Source: an uncultured archaeon (GTDB lineage: Archaea > Aenigmatarchaeota > Aenigmatarchaeia > PWEA01 > JAGHBM01). From it: a stretch of 64,000 bases of DNA. The DNA is taken from positions 115,882-179,881 of the forward strand of contig CAZOZN010000001.1 of the NCBI GenBank assembly GCA_964584335.1. The letters are read 5' to 3'. How positions within the stretch are numbered: the stretch's first letter is position 1; the number at the start of each line of letters is the position of its first letter. Shown here one piece after another: positions 7,451 through 15,992 of this stretch. A program made the position numbers and the translations under genes. The notes below the pieces were generated by a model, which made no database searches, was not told where the DNA came from, and saw nothing but the letters and a program-made list of their open reading frames with translations.

Positions 7451-10222
7451 CTAAGGACAGGTATCACCCATCTCGTAACAACAGTCATCTGAAGGCGAAC
7501 ACATACATGTGTTCATGTTTATACATTGTCCGGTCCCCATGCATTTATTTTCTGTTTCGCACCATTCGCACCCGGAGTTTATACACTTATCGCAGTCCTT
7601 GCAAGTGTTGCATATTACTCCATCACAACAATCATCACCCGGGTTGTAGCAAGTTCCTATACAGCTTAAAGGCTTACACGGATTTCCAAAAGTGCTATCT
7701 CTGCATTCCTCGAAAACAGGAGCTCCCTCGCACCACCCGCAACCGGAGTCTAAGCAGTCTGTGCATGATGTCTCAATGCTTCTGCAGGGGCAAGTATCCA
7801 AAGAATCGTAACATGTACCTAAAAGACAATTGCCTCCTATACCTGTCTGGCAGTTTTCTACGCATTTACAGTTAGATTCAAGATTTTTTTCACACCATTC
7901 ACATCCGTTGGTCTTGCATGCCTGACAGCCCGTGTAAGAACTGCATGGTATAGTTGTACTTGTAGATGTTGATGTGGTTATTGATGTCGGGCTTGTTGTT
8001 GAAGTGGATGTTGATGTTGTAGTTGAGGTTGAAGTGGTTGAAGTAGTGGATGTGGTAGTTCCGCAAGTATCTCCGGGGTCGTAGCATATTCCTGCACATA
8101 GAAGATCATTACATGGGTCTACAAATCCGTCATGCCTGCATTCTTTGAATGTTCCCGAGCCTTCGCACCACCCGCAGTTCTGGTTCAAGCAGTTGGTACA
8201 CCCTGTCCATGTGTAACTGCTGCAAGGACAGCTATCAGAAGTCCCAAAGCATTCCGAGGTCTTAACTACACCTGACCATTCAATACAATTACCACCTAAC
8301 CCATCATCGCAATTTCCCGGCTGCATGCAGCTTCCTGTCGAACCCAATTTTCTCTTTTCGCACCAGTCACAACCGGCACCGAGACATGCTTGACAGTCTG
8401 TATGAGAACAGTCTATAGTAGTTGTTGTGGATGTTGATGTAGTAGTTGATGTTGAAGTTGTTGAAGTCGTTGATGTGGATGTTGTTGAAGTAGTGGATGT
8501 TGTTGAATCACAACCTATAGTTTCGTTGCAGTATTCGGTCGGTGTTGTCCAGCAGTCACATGTTTGTAAATCACCGCACCAGCAGGTTTCTCCCGCTGCA
8601 CAGTCTGTGGCCGTTACTGAGGTATCGGCAAAATTGTATTGGCATTCGTCTGTAGACGTGCAAACTCCTCCGGGGTCTGAGACACTGCACTGGTTTGCCA
8701 ATTTTGACTGGTCGGAACATATTTCTTGACATGTTCCCTGGCAACAACAGCAATCATTTGCCGGGTTACAATCAAAGAAAGTTGACTTACAATAATATCC
8801 GCTACCGCTCATACCGGCACAGTTAGCTGAAGTATCGCATGAACATGAGGGGTCCTGAGCCGCACATGTCGGCACGCTGCATAAACAACCCGTGGTATCG
8901 GTAGTGTCGTCGCATGTACCTCCAAACCTACAACCTCCTATGCAGGAAACGCCCCCTAAAGTACAACAAGGTTCTGCATCTCCACCACATTCGAAACAAC
9001 CGGATAGTACTCCTGCAGTTGCTGCTCTTGTAGGTATCGGACCCCCTTCGTTATAACATTCATCAGGCGGTGTTTGTCCACATTCGCATACATCCGTTGC
9101 TTCACACCAGCAAGTTTCAGGCGCTATACAATTTCCCGTATCAGCAGTAGAAATCCAATAGGTACAAATACCTCCGGAACAGCTTGCTGGAGCGCCAGGT
9201 CCTCCACAGTTCGCGTTACCGCTGCATATCTTATTTACTGTTATTGTAAAGTCAGTACTTTCATTTATTGCGAAAGTCATACCCAGTTTTTCTAGACTTT
9301 TTTCTGTTGTTATTCTTCTGTTTGGGTCAGAATCCATGGAGGTTATGTTTATTGTGTAAGTCAAAGTGTAACTTGGATGTGTAGTGTTATCTAAATCAAA
9401 CTCCAAGAGATTAATGTACCATTCAGAACCAGGAAATAAAGCAGCCAAGTCAGTCTCAACATCATTTAACATATCTTCCATTTCTTGCTGGACTACATTT
9501 GGATTCAATATACCACTACCCACACAAATATCAAATGAGCTGAATTTCTTTGTAATGTTATCATTTATCCAGGCTTCAGAGTTTTGTGTAAGGAATCTTC
9601 CCCACCTGTAAGTCATATTGTATCTTACAGGTACTGTCGTAATTATTTCTGTTTTTCTTTCCTCCATTGTGTGGTTCAGAAATTCGCTTTCCAATGTGAG
9701 ATTTGTTATAATGTAAGAAAAATCTACTTTATTGTCAGTGAAACCATCCATCTTTAGTACTGTTATATTTTCCATTTCCACGTATTCCAGAAGAGGAAAA
9801 TAACCCATAAAACTATCATTAACTCTTTCTCCTAGCTGTGACTCTACTGTATCTGGACTAGGTATTACTTCTTGGGTATTTACTCCGTCAAAGTACTTCC
9901 AGCATGTGTACTCGTAAGGATTTCCATGAAGATTAATACCTCTGCATTTCACCCAAGATATGTTGTATATAGAACCGTTCTGTCCGTTTTGATATGCTGA
10001 ATGAGCTCCCGAAACGTAAAGGCTGTTCTCAAGGAAGTTTTTTTCTGAATCAAAAATTAGTTTATCTTTCATTAGCTGTTGGTCTTTAAATGTACTGCTT
10101 ACCGAGAACCTGCTTGAAAAGTTTGCACTTAACCACAGTGATGCTACATAGCCTGCAACTTCTACTGCTATAAGTATTGTTACAAGTGCTAGCGTAGCAG
10201 CCAGCGCCTTCTTTCCAATCAT
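7451..10222 (-). CDS. Large modular surface adhesin (pilin-like N-terminus, glycosylated stalk, Cys-rich repeats, Thr/Ser linkers)
   Basis: MIGKKA| plus hydrophobic helix; 12 N-X-S/T sequons in the first ~325 aa; repeated C..Y..C..C....C.WCE units; two poly-Thr/Ser tracts. Confidence 0.75.
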   Translation of the reverse strand: MIGKKALAATLALVTILIAVEVAGYVASLWLSANFSSRFSVSSTFKDQQLMKDKLIFDSEKNFLENSLYVSGAHSAYQNGQNGSIYNISWVKCRGINLHGNPYEYTCWKYFDGVNTQEVIPSPDTVESQLGERVNDSFMGYFPLLEYVEMENITVLKMDGFTDNKVDFSYIITNLTLESEFLNHTMEERKTEIITTVPVRYNMTYRWGRFLTQNSEAWINDNITKKFSSFDICVGSGILNPNVVQQEMEDMLNDVETDLAALFPGSEWYINLLEFDLDNTTHPSYTLTYTINITSMDSDPNRRITTEKSLEKLGMTFAINESTDFTITVNKICSGNANCGGPGAPASCSGGICTYWISTADTGNCIAPETCWCEATDVCECGQTPPDECYNEGGPIPTRAATAGVLSGCFECGGDAEPCCTLGGVSCIGGCRFGGTCDDTTDTTGCLCSVPTCAAQDPSCSCDTSANCAGMSGSGYYCKSTFFDCNPANDCCCCQGTCQEICSDQSKLANQCSVSDPGGVCTSTDECQYNFADTSVTATDCAAGETCWCGDLQTCDCWTTPTEYCNETIGCDSTTSTTSTTSTSTTSTTSTSTTTSTSTTTTIDCSHTDCQACLGAGCDWCEKRKLGSTGSCMQPGNCDDGLGGNCIEWSGVVKTSECFGTSDSCPCSSYTWTGCTNCLNQNCGWCEGSGTFKECRHDGFVDPCNDLLCAGICYDPGDTCGTTTSTTSTTSTSTTTSTSTSTTSPTSITTSTSTSTTIPCSSYTGCQACKTNGCEWCEKNLESNCKCVENCQTGIGGNCLLGTCYDSLDTCPCRSIETSCTDCLDSGCGWCEGAPVFEECRDSTFGNPCKPLSCIGTCYNPGDDCCDGVICNTCKDCDKCINSGCEWCETENKCMGTGQCINMNTCMCSPSDDCCYEMGDTCP

Positions 10223-11157
10223 TTATAGTACCTCATTGATATTTTTTCGTAACTTCCTTTTGTTCTCCACAGTATCTTTTCCTCGTATATAGCAGCTCCC
10301 AAACCGTTTACTTGACTAGGGTCTGTATCATCACACCAGTACCAATCTGTTACTGCTGTATCTTTTACTGCAAAACTGTACCAGCTAGCATCGTAAGTTT
10401 CGTTCGCTCCTGTAATTTCATTACAATTTGTGTTTACGTTTGCTAGGTCTACAACATTCCCAATAGTAATCCAGTTGGTGCCATCAAAACATTGTGGCTC
10501 TGAACGTGCATTGGCAAGGTCTGAAGATATTCTTAACATTACTTTTTCTTTGTCTGCTCGCCAGCAAGAATCCGGAATTTCAGTACTATATTCAGGTATG
10601 TTTCCGTGTTTTAAAGTCCAGTTGGCACCGGATACGCCCATAGGCTTTTCATATTCCACATAAAGATAGCTTGGACCTACTGAGTTTGTTGGTATAATTA
10701 CAGAGGCATTTTCCTGTTCCACATAACTCACTCCCGGTATTGCCACTTTTCTGAATGTAATACTTGACTCCCTTCCTTCCACGTTGTTCGGGAATGAAAC
10801 ATTTCCTATGGTAAGGTTTAAGTTTTCTTTAGTTGAAAGAGTGTCCATCAAATCTTCTATAAGCAAATGTATACCGCTTCCGGAATACCCATCATGTGTA
10901 TTGTTAAAAGAAGACATTAGGTTTATGGCTTTGTTGCTGTTGGATGGATAAACCGTTACAGGGTAAATTTTTTGTTTTAGAAAAGAATTTATTGCAATTT
11001 CAGCTATTGCAGGGTCTTCGGCTTTTGCCTCTACTTTGTGAGTAAGGCTTGCTATGTCTATCTGTACAAGCAATATAATAATAATCGAGAAAACTATCGA
11101 GAAAATTACAGCTGCTACTGTTACAAAAGATACTACAAATCCTTTTTTATTTTTCAT
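10219..11157 (-). CDS. Pilin-like protein (class III signal peptide)
   Basis: MKNKKG|FVVSFVTVAAVIFSIVF (ATG 11157); lies within the pilus locus. Confidence 0.7.
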   Translation of the reverse strand: MKNKKGFVVSFVTVAAVIFSIVFSIIIILLVQIDIASLTHKVEAKAEDPAIAEIAINSFLKQKIYPVTVYPSNSNKAINLMSSFNNTHDGYSGSGIHLLIEDLMDTLSTKENLNLTIGNVSFPNNVEGRESSITFRKVAIPGVSYVEQENASVIIPTNSVGPSYLYVEYEKPMGVSGANWTLKHGNIPEYSTEIPDSCWRADKEKVMLRISSDLANARSEPQCFDGTNWITIGNVVDLANVNTNCNEITGANETYDASWYSFAVKDTAVTDWYWCDDTDPSQVNGLGAAIYEEKILWRTKGSYEKISMRYYK

Positions 11158-11167
11158 AATAATCACT

Positions 11168-11986
11168 TCATATGTAAGGTCCGCTACTATCAGTGCATGA
11201 TATATCAACTTTTACTCTTGGTTCAGCGGCTGATATTATTTTTTTGAACTCTATAGTACAGTCATAACTTTGGAATGAGCCTATGCTATCTGAGCTAGGT
11301 TCTAGTATGGCGTGTTGAAGTTTTTTGCAAACAACATTTGCCCCGTTTTCAAGACATATTTCTTTTCTTTTGAATTTGGCAGTTCCTGCCCCGAAAAGAT
11401 TGTTGGTTACCTTGCTCTTGCTTGTATATTTTTGGCCTATTTTAAGATTTGTGTAAACTCTTTCAGACTCGTATGCAAAAGATAAGAGCATGTCTTTGCT
11501 TGAATGTGATATGCCCAACCTAAGCCTTCCGGGTGTTACCATACCTGAATTATCTTCTATTGCGACTGGCAGGTCAAAATATTTGTATTTTTCGAGCATG
11601 TCTTTGTTTTTGTAACCGAATTCCCAGTCCCAACCATTTCCGTTGGTAAGATTATCAACAAGAACATAATGTCCAAAATTAGGTAAGTTTGCACATGGAA
11701 GTTCATCGTTTGGGTTCGCATTTGCCATGTTTAGCAACGTCAAGTTCAATACACCGGATTCTCCAGTGCTTATGCATTTTCTTGATGTTATTATCCTATT
11801 AAGTATTGTCATTTCTCCTATTGTTCTTTCTGTCTGTTCTAAACCAACTTCCTTTGTCTGGGCGCTTGAAAAATATGTCCATATACTGAAAGCCACACCC
11901 ACTACTATTATCGTAAATGCAATCATGTAAGAAAGATGAGTATAACCTTTTTTTCTATTTTTTTTGTTTTTCTTTTTTTTAGTCAT
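11168..11986 (-). CDS. Pilin-like protein (class III signal peptide)
   Basis: MTKKKKNKKNRKKG|YTHLSYMIAFTIIVVGV; ATG 11986 follows SD GGGTGA. Confidence 0.7.
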   Translation of the reverse strand: MTKKKKNKKNRKKGYTHLSYMIAFTIIVVGVAFSIWTYFSSAQTKEVGLEQTERTIGEMTILNRIITSRKCISTGESGVLNLTLLNMANANPNDELPCANLPNFGHYVLVDNLTNGNGWDWEFGYKNKDMLEKYKYFDLPVAIEDNSGMVTPGRLRLGISHSSKDMLLSFAYESERVYTNLKIGQKYTSKSKVTNNLFGAGTAKFKRKEICLENGANVVCKKLQHAILEPSSDSIGSFQSYDCTIEFKKIISAAEPRVKVDISCTDSSGPYI

Positions 11987-12034
11987 TTTTTCACCCGAAA
12001 AAATTTGAAATTTTAATTTCAATCATTTTTTCAC

Positions 12035-13198
12035 CTAACAGTTTTCAATACCACAAATTCCACAATTAGGGTTACAATTCCATTTTGATTCACAATTACA
12101 TGTACAAGGAATAACTGCTACACATTCCGGCCATCCGTCGCCGTTGGCATCCCACCAATCACATGGATAAATTCTTACACCAGCAGGAATGCCGGGTAAC
12201 TTGCACATAGTATCAGTACCATCACCACAAAGACTAGTCCAAGATGTAGTGCAATAATCGTTACATCTGCAACAATGCCCAGTACCAGGATTACAAACCA
12301 AACTGGCTTTACAAACATCACCAGCACAACATGGCTCTTTATAATCACCACATTCTTTACATCCGGAAGAAGTACACACATCCGTACCTCCCGTTCCACA
12401 TTCACAGCTAGTATCTAAATCATTACAGCGGCATGTTTCACCTGCTGCACAATCGTACTGAAGTCCTGTATCTACTATATTATGAAGGCATAGTTTCAAC
12501 AGTTTAACACAAACATGTGATGATACTGCTCCGGTTCCGCATGAATGTGCATCGTAACCTGAACAGGCAGAGGCACAGGTGGGACCTATGGTTGATGTTG
12601 TAGAAACTGTTGTTGATGTTGTGGATACTGACAGTGATGTTGAAGTTGAAGTGGATGTTGTTGTGGCGGATGTTGATGTGGATGTTGATGTGGACGTAGA
12701 TGTTGAAGTTGAAGTCGAGGTTGATGTGGTTGAAGTTGTTGATGTAGTACCAATCCAAACTTCGTTGCCTATCTTTACTATAGGAACTTTTGTTTTCTTT
12801 GCTTTGCTGCATCTTATTGTTCTGTTAACTGCCGTTACATTGGTCCCGTTTGCAAAGAAAAACAAACCGTAGCTGCTTTTTTCTACATTCTTAACTATAG
12901 AATTGACGTAATAAACTCTTTTGAGTGTTACATTATCCCCGTAAAATTTGTCCGCGCTTTCATTATAAAATGTTATGTTACAATCAAGCGGGTGTATTGT
13001 TAAAAAAATTGTTTCATTCTGAGGGCTTGCAGAAAGCGTATTAACTAGGCTTGCTATTCTATTAGAAACTACCATCGCATTTGCATAGGTCACGTCTTCT
13101 CCCATTGCTCCCAGCATCGGGGACATGGTCAAAGCTACTAAAAAGAAAAGGACTACTGCCGCAAGTCCTACCATCATATATGTTGTCCATGTACCCAT
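12035..13198 (-). CDS. Membrane-anchored pilin-like protein with Thr/Ser linker and Cys-rich C-terminus
   Basis: N-terminal TM; ~50 aa Thr/Ser tract; DCAAGETC.C and CG...EPCC modules shared with 7451..10222. Confidence 0.72.
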   Translation of the reverse strand: MGTWTTYMMVGLAAVVLFFLVALTMSPMLGAMGEDVTYANAMVVSNRIASLVNTLSASPQNETIFLTIHPLDCNITFYNESADKFYGDNVTLKRVYYVNSIVKNVEKSSYGLFFFANGTNVTAVNRTIRCSKAKKTKVPIVKIGNEVWIGTTSTTSTTSTSTSTSTSTSTSTSTSTSATTTSTSTSTSLSVSTTSTTVSTTSTIGPTCASACSGYDAHSCGTGAVSSHVCVKLLKLCLHNIVDTGLQYDCAAGETCRCNDLDTSCECGTGGTDVCTSSGCKECGDYKEPCCAGDVCKASLVCNPGTGHCCRCNDYCTTSWTSLCGDGTDTMCKLPGIPAGVRIYPCDWWDANGDGWPECVAVIPCTCNCESKWNCNPNCGICGIENC

Positions 13199-13210
13199 TT
13201 TTTACCCTCT

Positions 13211-13972
13211 TTAACAGTGTAAATCTGACCATGCGTCATTTTTATCAGGCCAGCTATCATCTTTATCATCATCGTAATGACAGAAATTAAATTCACTTCC
13301 CTGCCATTCGCTTGTTGAAAACGGTATGTTTTGTGTTCCCGTGTAACAAACTTCTATGCAGTTACTGCAACCTTCCTTTGCATTGGCGGTCGGTCTTACA
13401 ATTACCCTGGCGTAACAGGGGTCTGCTATCCAGAAAGGCCTTAGCTTTTTAATCATACTTTCTTCAAGTCCTTCTATTTTTTTGAAACCCCCCGCCTGTT
13501 CTATCATACCATAACATAATTTATTTTTGCACTTGTCTGGATTTACGTCTTCAGGGTCCCACAGGTCTTGACACTCCGAGCTTATTGGAGGGGCTGCCTG
13601 CGTTTTGTCCGGTACCCTATCTGTGTTTGTTTTTTCTCCTCTTAGGTTAGTGTCGTGGTATATGACCCACATGGGGTCTCCCCTAATCTCATCGTTAAGC
13701 AGGTTTTTTTTCACAGCCTGTGGTAATATAACATCGACTTCTATCTGTAGGTTGCAGTCGGAACCCTGTTCGTCTATGCACAAAGATACTTTTTTTACAG
13801 CGTCACCGATTTTTTGCGCTGATGAAACCGTTCCGAAATGCCCCTGCACTATTCCTGTTGACATTAAACCCACTATAAGAAGAATAATTAATATAGTTCC
13901 TATAACAATCTCTATGAATGTTTTGAGGTTTATCTTTATACCTCCTTTTTCATTTATTTTTTTAATTTTCAT
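13211..13972 (-). CDS. Pilin-like protein, family C
   Basis: NEKG| plus TM; LPQA..P.W.I.H.T.L.G..NTD..C...LCYG..PFWIA.PCYA..EGC.NCIE.CY is shared with 13982..14716. Confidence 0.72.
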   Translation of the reverse strand: MKIKKINEKGGIKINLKTFIEIVIGTILIILLIVGLMSTGIVQGHFGTVSSAQKIGDAVKKVSLCIDEQGSDCNLQIEVDVILPQAVKKNLLNDEIRGDPMWVIYHDTNLRGEKTNTDRVPDKTQAAPPISSECQDLWDPEDVNPDKCKNKLCYGMIEQAGGFKKIEGLEESMIKKLRPFWIADPCYARVIVRPTANAKEGCSNCIEVCYTGTQNIPFSTSEWQGSEFNFCHYDDDKDDSWPDKNDAWSDLHC

Positions 13973-13981
13973 ATTTATCAG

Positions 13982-14716
13982 CTACGGGCATAAATGTTGG
14001 TGATTAGGCAAAGTATTATCCCATGCATCCGCATCATCTGGCCATTCGGCAGCAATATCGTCGCCGCGGCAAAAGTTTTCTTTTCCAATCCATTCTTTTT
14101 TTGGTATATGCCTTTTCCCAATCATGTAACATATTTCTATACAGTTTACGCATCCTTCGTTGGCTCCTGCTGAAGGTTTGACAACCACTTCAGCGTAGCA
14201 CGGGCTTGCTATCCAGAAAGGTTTTATCTTCCTAATTACTTCATCTTCCAAAGGAACGGAACCAAAATCAGCTCTACCTATAAGACCGTAACATAAACCA
14301 TTTGTACAGTATTTTGGATTTCTGTCGAATTTTGACCAGAGTTTGTCACATTCTTGTTCTATTGTTGGCGCCTCCTGGCGTGTGTTGGGGTTCGCATCTG
14401 TGTTATGGCCGGTCCCGTTTAGTTCTGTGTTGTGAAAAATAGTCCAAAGAGGATAATCTCTGGTTGAGAACCAACCGCCTCTGTCAACATCTGCCTGAGG
14501 AAGCATTACTTTTACTTTTATTGTTTTAACGCAGTTCGAACCTTGTGTTTCTATACAGTTAGATATTTCCGTGAAGGCATTTCCTAATTTCTGCGCGGTA
14601 GAGTAAGTCTGTTGTGAGCCTGCACTGTATGAACCCACATTCATATTAATCGCTATGAATATTATTATAACAATGCCTACTATTAACGCTATAAGCGTTA
14701 CAATATGAACTTTCAT
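13982..14716 (-). CDS. Pilin-like protein, family C
   Basis: N-terminal TM; tandem paralog of 13211..13972. Confidence 0.72.
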   Translation of the reverse strand: MKVHIVTLIALIVGIVIIIFIAINMNVGSYSAGSQQTYSTAQKLGNAFTEISNCIETQGSNCVKTIKVKVMLPQADVDRGGWFSTRDYPLWTIFHNTELNGTGHNTDANPNTRQEAPTIEQECDKLWSKFDRNPKYCTNGLCYGLIGRADFGSVPLEDEVIRKIKPFWIASPCYAEVVVKPSAGANEGCVNCIEICYMIGKRHIPKKEWIGKENFCRGDDIAAEWPDDADAWDNTLPNHQHLCP

Positions 14717-14726
14717 AAAATCTACT

Positions 14727-14873
14727 TTATGTCTTTAACTGGCTCATTCTGCTTATAAGCCTCATCTCGGGCTCTATTTTGGCTATTATGAAAACCAGTG
14801 CGAGTAGAATTACTAAAAATAAGACGAGAATCATTATTTTTCCTGTTAAAGTATCCCATGTCAGAAAACCCAT
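14727..14873 (-). CDS. 48-aa single-TM micro-protein (not in ORF track)
   Basis: Manual translation MGFLTWDTLTGKIMILVLFLVILLALVFIIAKIEPEMRLISRMSQLKT*; fills the gap in the operon. Confidence 0.65.
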   Translation of the reverse strand: MGFLTWDTLTGKIMILVLFLVILLALVFIIAKIEPEMRLISRMSQLKT

Positions 14874-14875
14874 CT

Positions 14876-15031
14876 TTAACCAGCTCCCTGCATCTTGTCT
14901 GTTGCCATTCCTATTGCTGCATCATATTTACCTTGAAGCAAAACGTAAATCAGAAAAATAACTCCTATGACAATCAATGCGCCGACTATAATATATATTG
15001 TAGCAGGTATTCCAGTATAACCTTTTTTCAT
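14876..15031 (-). CDS. 51-aa minimal pilin (not in ORF track)
   Basis: MKKG|YTGIPATIYIIVGALIVIGVIFLIYVLLQGKYDAAIGMATDKMQGAG*; ATGA overlap with the upstream gene; SD AGGTGA. Confidence 0.75.
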   Translation of the reverse strand: MKKGYTGIPATIYIIVGALIVIGVIFLIYVLLQGKYDAAIGMATDKMQGAG

Positions 15032-15210
15032 CCTATAGAATCACCTATTTTTAAGAATATGTCATCTATGGCTCCTATCGCGTATCCTTCTCCTTTGTTC
15101 AAGATTATTGTCGATAAAACAATAAGCAACAGTACTATGACCATCGCGGCCACGAACCATAGCATGTTTGATACCCCTTTGTCGTTTATTTTTTTTGCTA
15201 ATCTGGACAT
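15028..15210 (-). CDS. 60-aa minimal pilin
   Basis: MSRLAKKINDKG|VSNMLWFVAAMVIVLLLIVLSTIIL...; start moved to ATG 15210. Confidence 0.7.
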   Translation of the reverse strand: MSRLAKKINDKGVSNMLWFVAAMVIVLLLIVLSTIILNKGEGYAIGAIDDIFLKIGDSIG

Positions 15211-15425
15211 GAACAAAAACCTCCTGGCATTGCTGGAACCCATGGCACCCAATCTACTGCTTTTCTTTCCGGCGATAATTTTATTTTTATTCCGCACCAT
15301 ATTCTGCATGGTAAATCTGTTAAAGCACCCAAACCAACATTATATTCGTATGCAAGATAAAGAATTATTCCTATAAACAACATTATTCCTATAACGGTGA
15401 CAATCATTATAGCGTTCCATTCCAT
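15198..15425 (-). CDS. Small TM protein with PCxxWC...GFCxC motif (family D)
   Basis: TM helix then LPCRIWC...GGFCSC; paralog of 15459..15650. Confidence 0.7.
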   Translation of the reverse strand: MEWNAIMIVTVIGIMLFIGIILYLAYEYNVGLGALTDLPCRIWCGIKIKLSPERKAVDWVPWVPAMPGGFCSCPD

Positions 15426-15458
15426 AAATAATGTTTTTAATTAGGCAAATATAAAGAT

Positions 15459-15650
15459 TTAACAACCACAAAAACCGCTACTAACTCCTTCGAGAATGTT
15501 TATGTTAAAGGTCATTGAGCACCACATATTACAGGGTATCTGAAGCAATCCAACATTTATTATTCCCCATTTTTCAAGCAGTGCAAAACCAACCAGACCC
15601 GCAAGTGCAAATGAAATTATTATTATTATTATCTTGAAAATTTGCTGCAT
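15459..15650 (-). CDS. Small TM protein with PCxxWC...GFCxC motif (family D)
   Basis: MQQIFKIIIII...IPCNMWC...SGFCGC; alternative TTG start at 15689. Confidence 0.68.
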   Translation of the reverse strand: MQQIFKIIIIIISFALAGLVGFALLEKWGIINVGLLQIPCNMWCSMTFNINILEGVSSGFCGC

Positions 15651-15685
15651 GTAATAAATATTCGAGTCGGTAAATAAAAATATTA

Positions 15686-15841
15686 TCAAAATGGCGACAT
15701 GCTATCGAATTTTACCCCTCCCCCACCCATATTTGCTGTATATTCAAAGAAAGATGCTAACTGGGGTCTAAGAGTGACGAATATTATAAAGAAAATTATA
15801 ATGAAAAGTATTATAGTCAATATTATGTGCATGTTTTCCAT
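15686..15841 (-). CDS. 51-aa single-TM micro-protein (not in ORF track)
   Basis: MENMHIILTIILFIIIFFIIFVTLRPQLASFFEYTANMGGGGVKFDSMSPF*. Confidence 0.65.
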   Translation of the reverse strand: MENMHIILTIILFIIIFFIIFVTLRPQLASFFEYTANMGGGGVKFDSMSPF

Positions 15842-15845
15842 TTGA

Positions 15846-15992
15846 TCAGCCTACTATCTTCTCTGGGCTCCATCCTCCAAGGGTATTATAATATAGTGCT
15901 ATGGCAAATAAAATTACTATTATACCAACTGCAATACCCCATATTAGGTGGTGCATCCCAAAACCAAGCATAGTTGAAGTTCCTTTTCTCAT
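15846..15992 (-). CDS. 48-aa minimal pilin (not in ORF track)
   Basis: MRKG|TSTMLGFGMHHLIWGIAVGIIVILFAIALYYNTLGGWSPEKIVG*; TAATG coupling with the stop of the platform gene. Confidence 0.72.
   Translation of the reverse strand: MRKGTSTMLGFGMHHLIWGIAVGIIVILFAIALYYNTLGGWSPEKIVG

Noticed and set aside
8427-8729. Val/Asp/Glu-rich and His/Asn/Gln-rich ORFs (also 275-541, 12579-12872 and many within 43732-47383)
   Set aside because: These are antisense or alternative-frame shadows of Thr/Ser codon tracts.
1723-13198. Diversity-generating retroelement acting on the pilin C-termini
   Set aside because: No reverse transcriptase, and no near-identical TR/VR pair differing only at adenines was seen. 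A trans-acting DGR elsewhere in the genome cannot be excluded.
14798-15376. Plus-strand 192-aa ORF (and 14779..14961)
   Set aside because: Antisense to the coupled minus-strand micro-pilin genes, which explain the region better.
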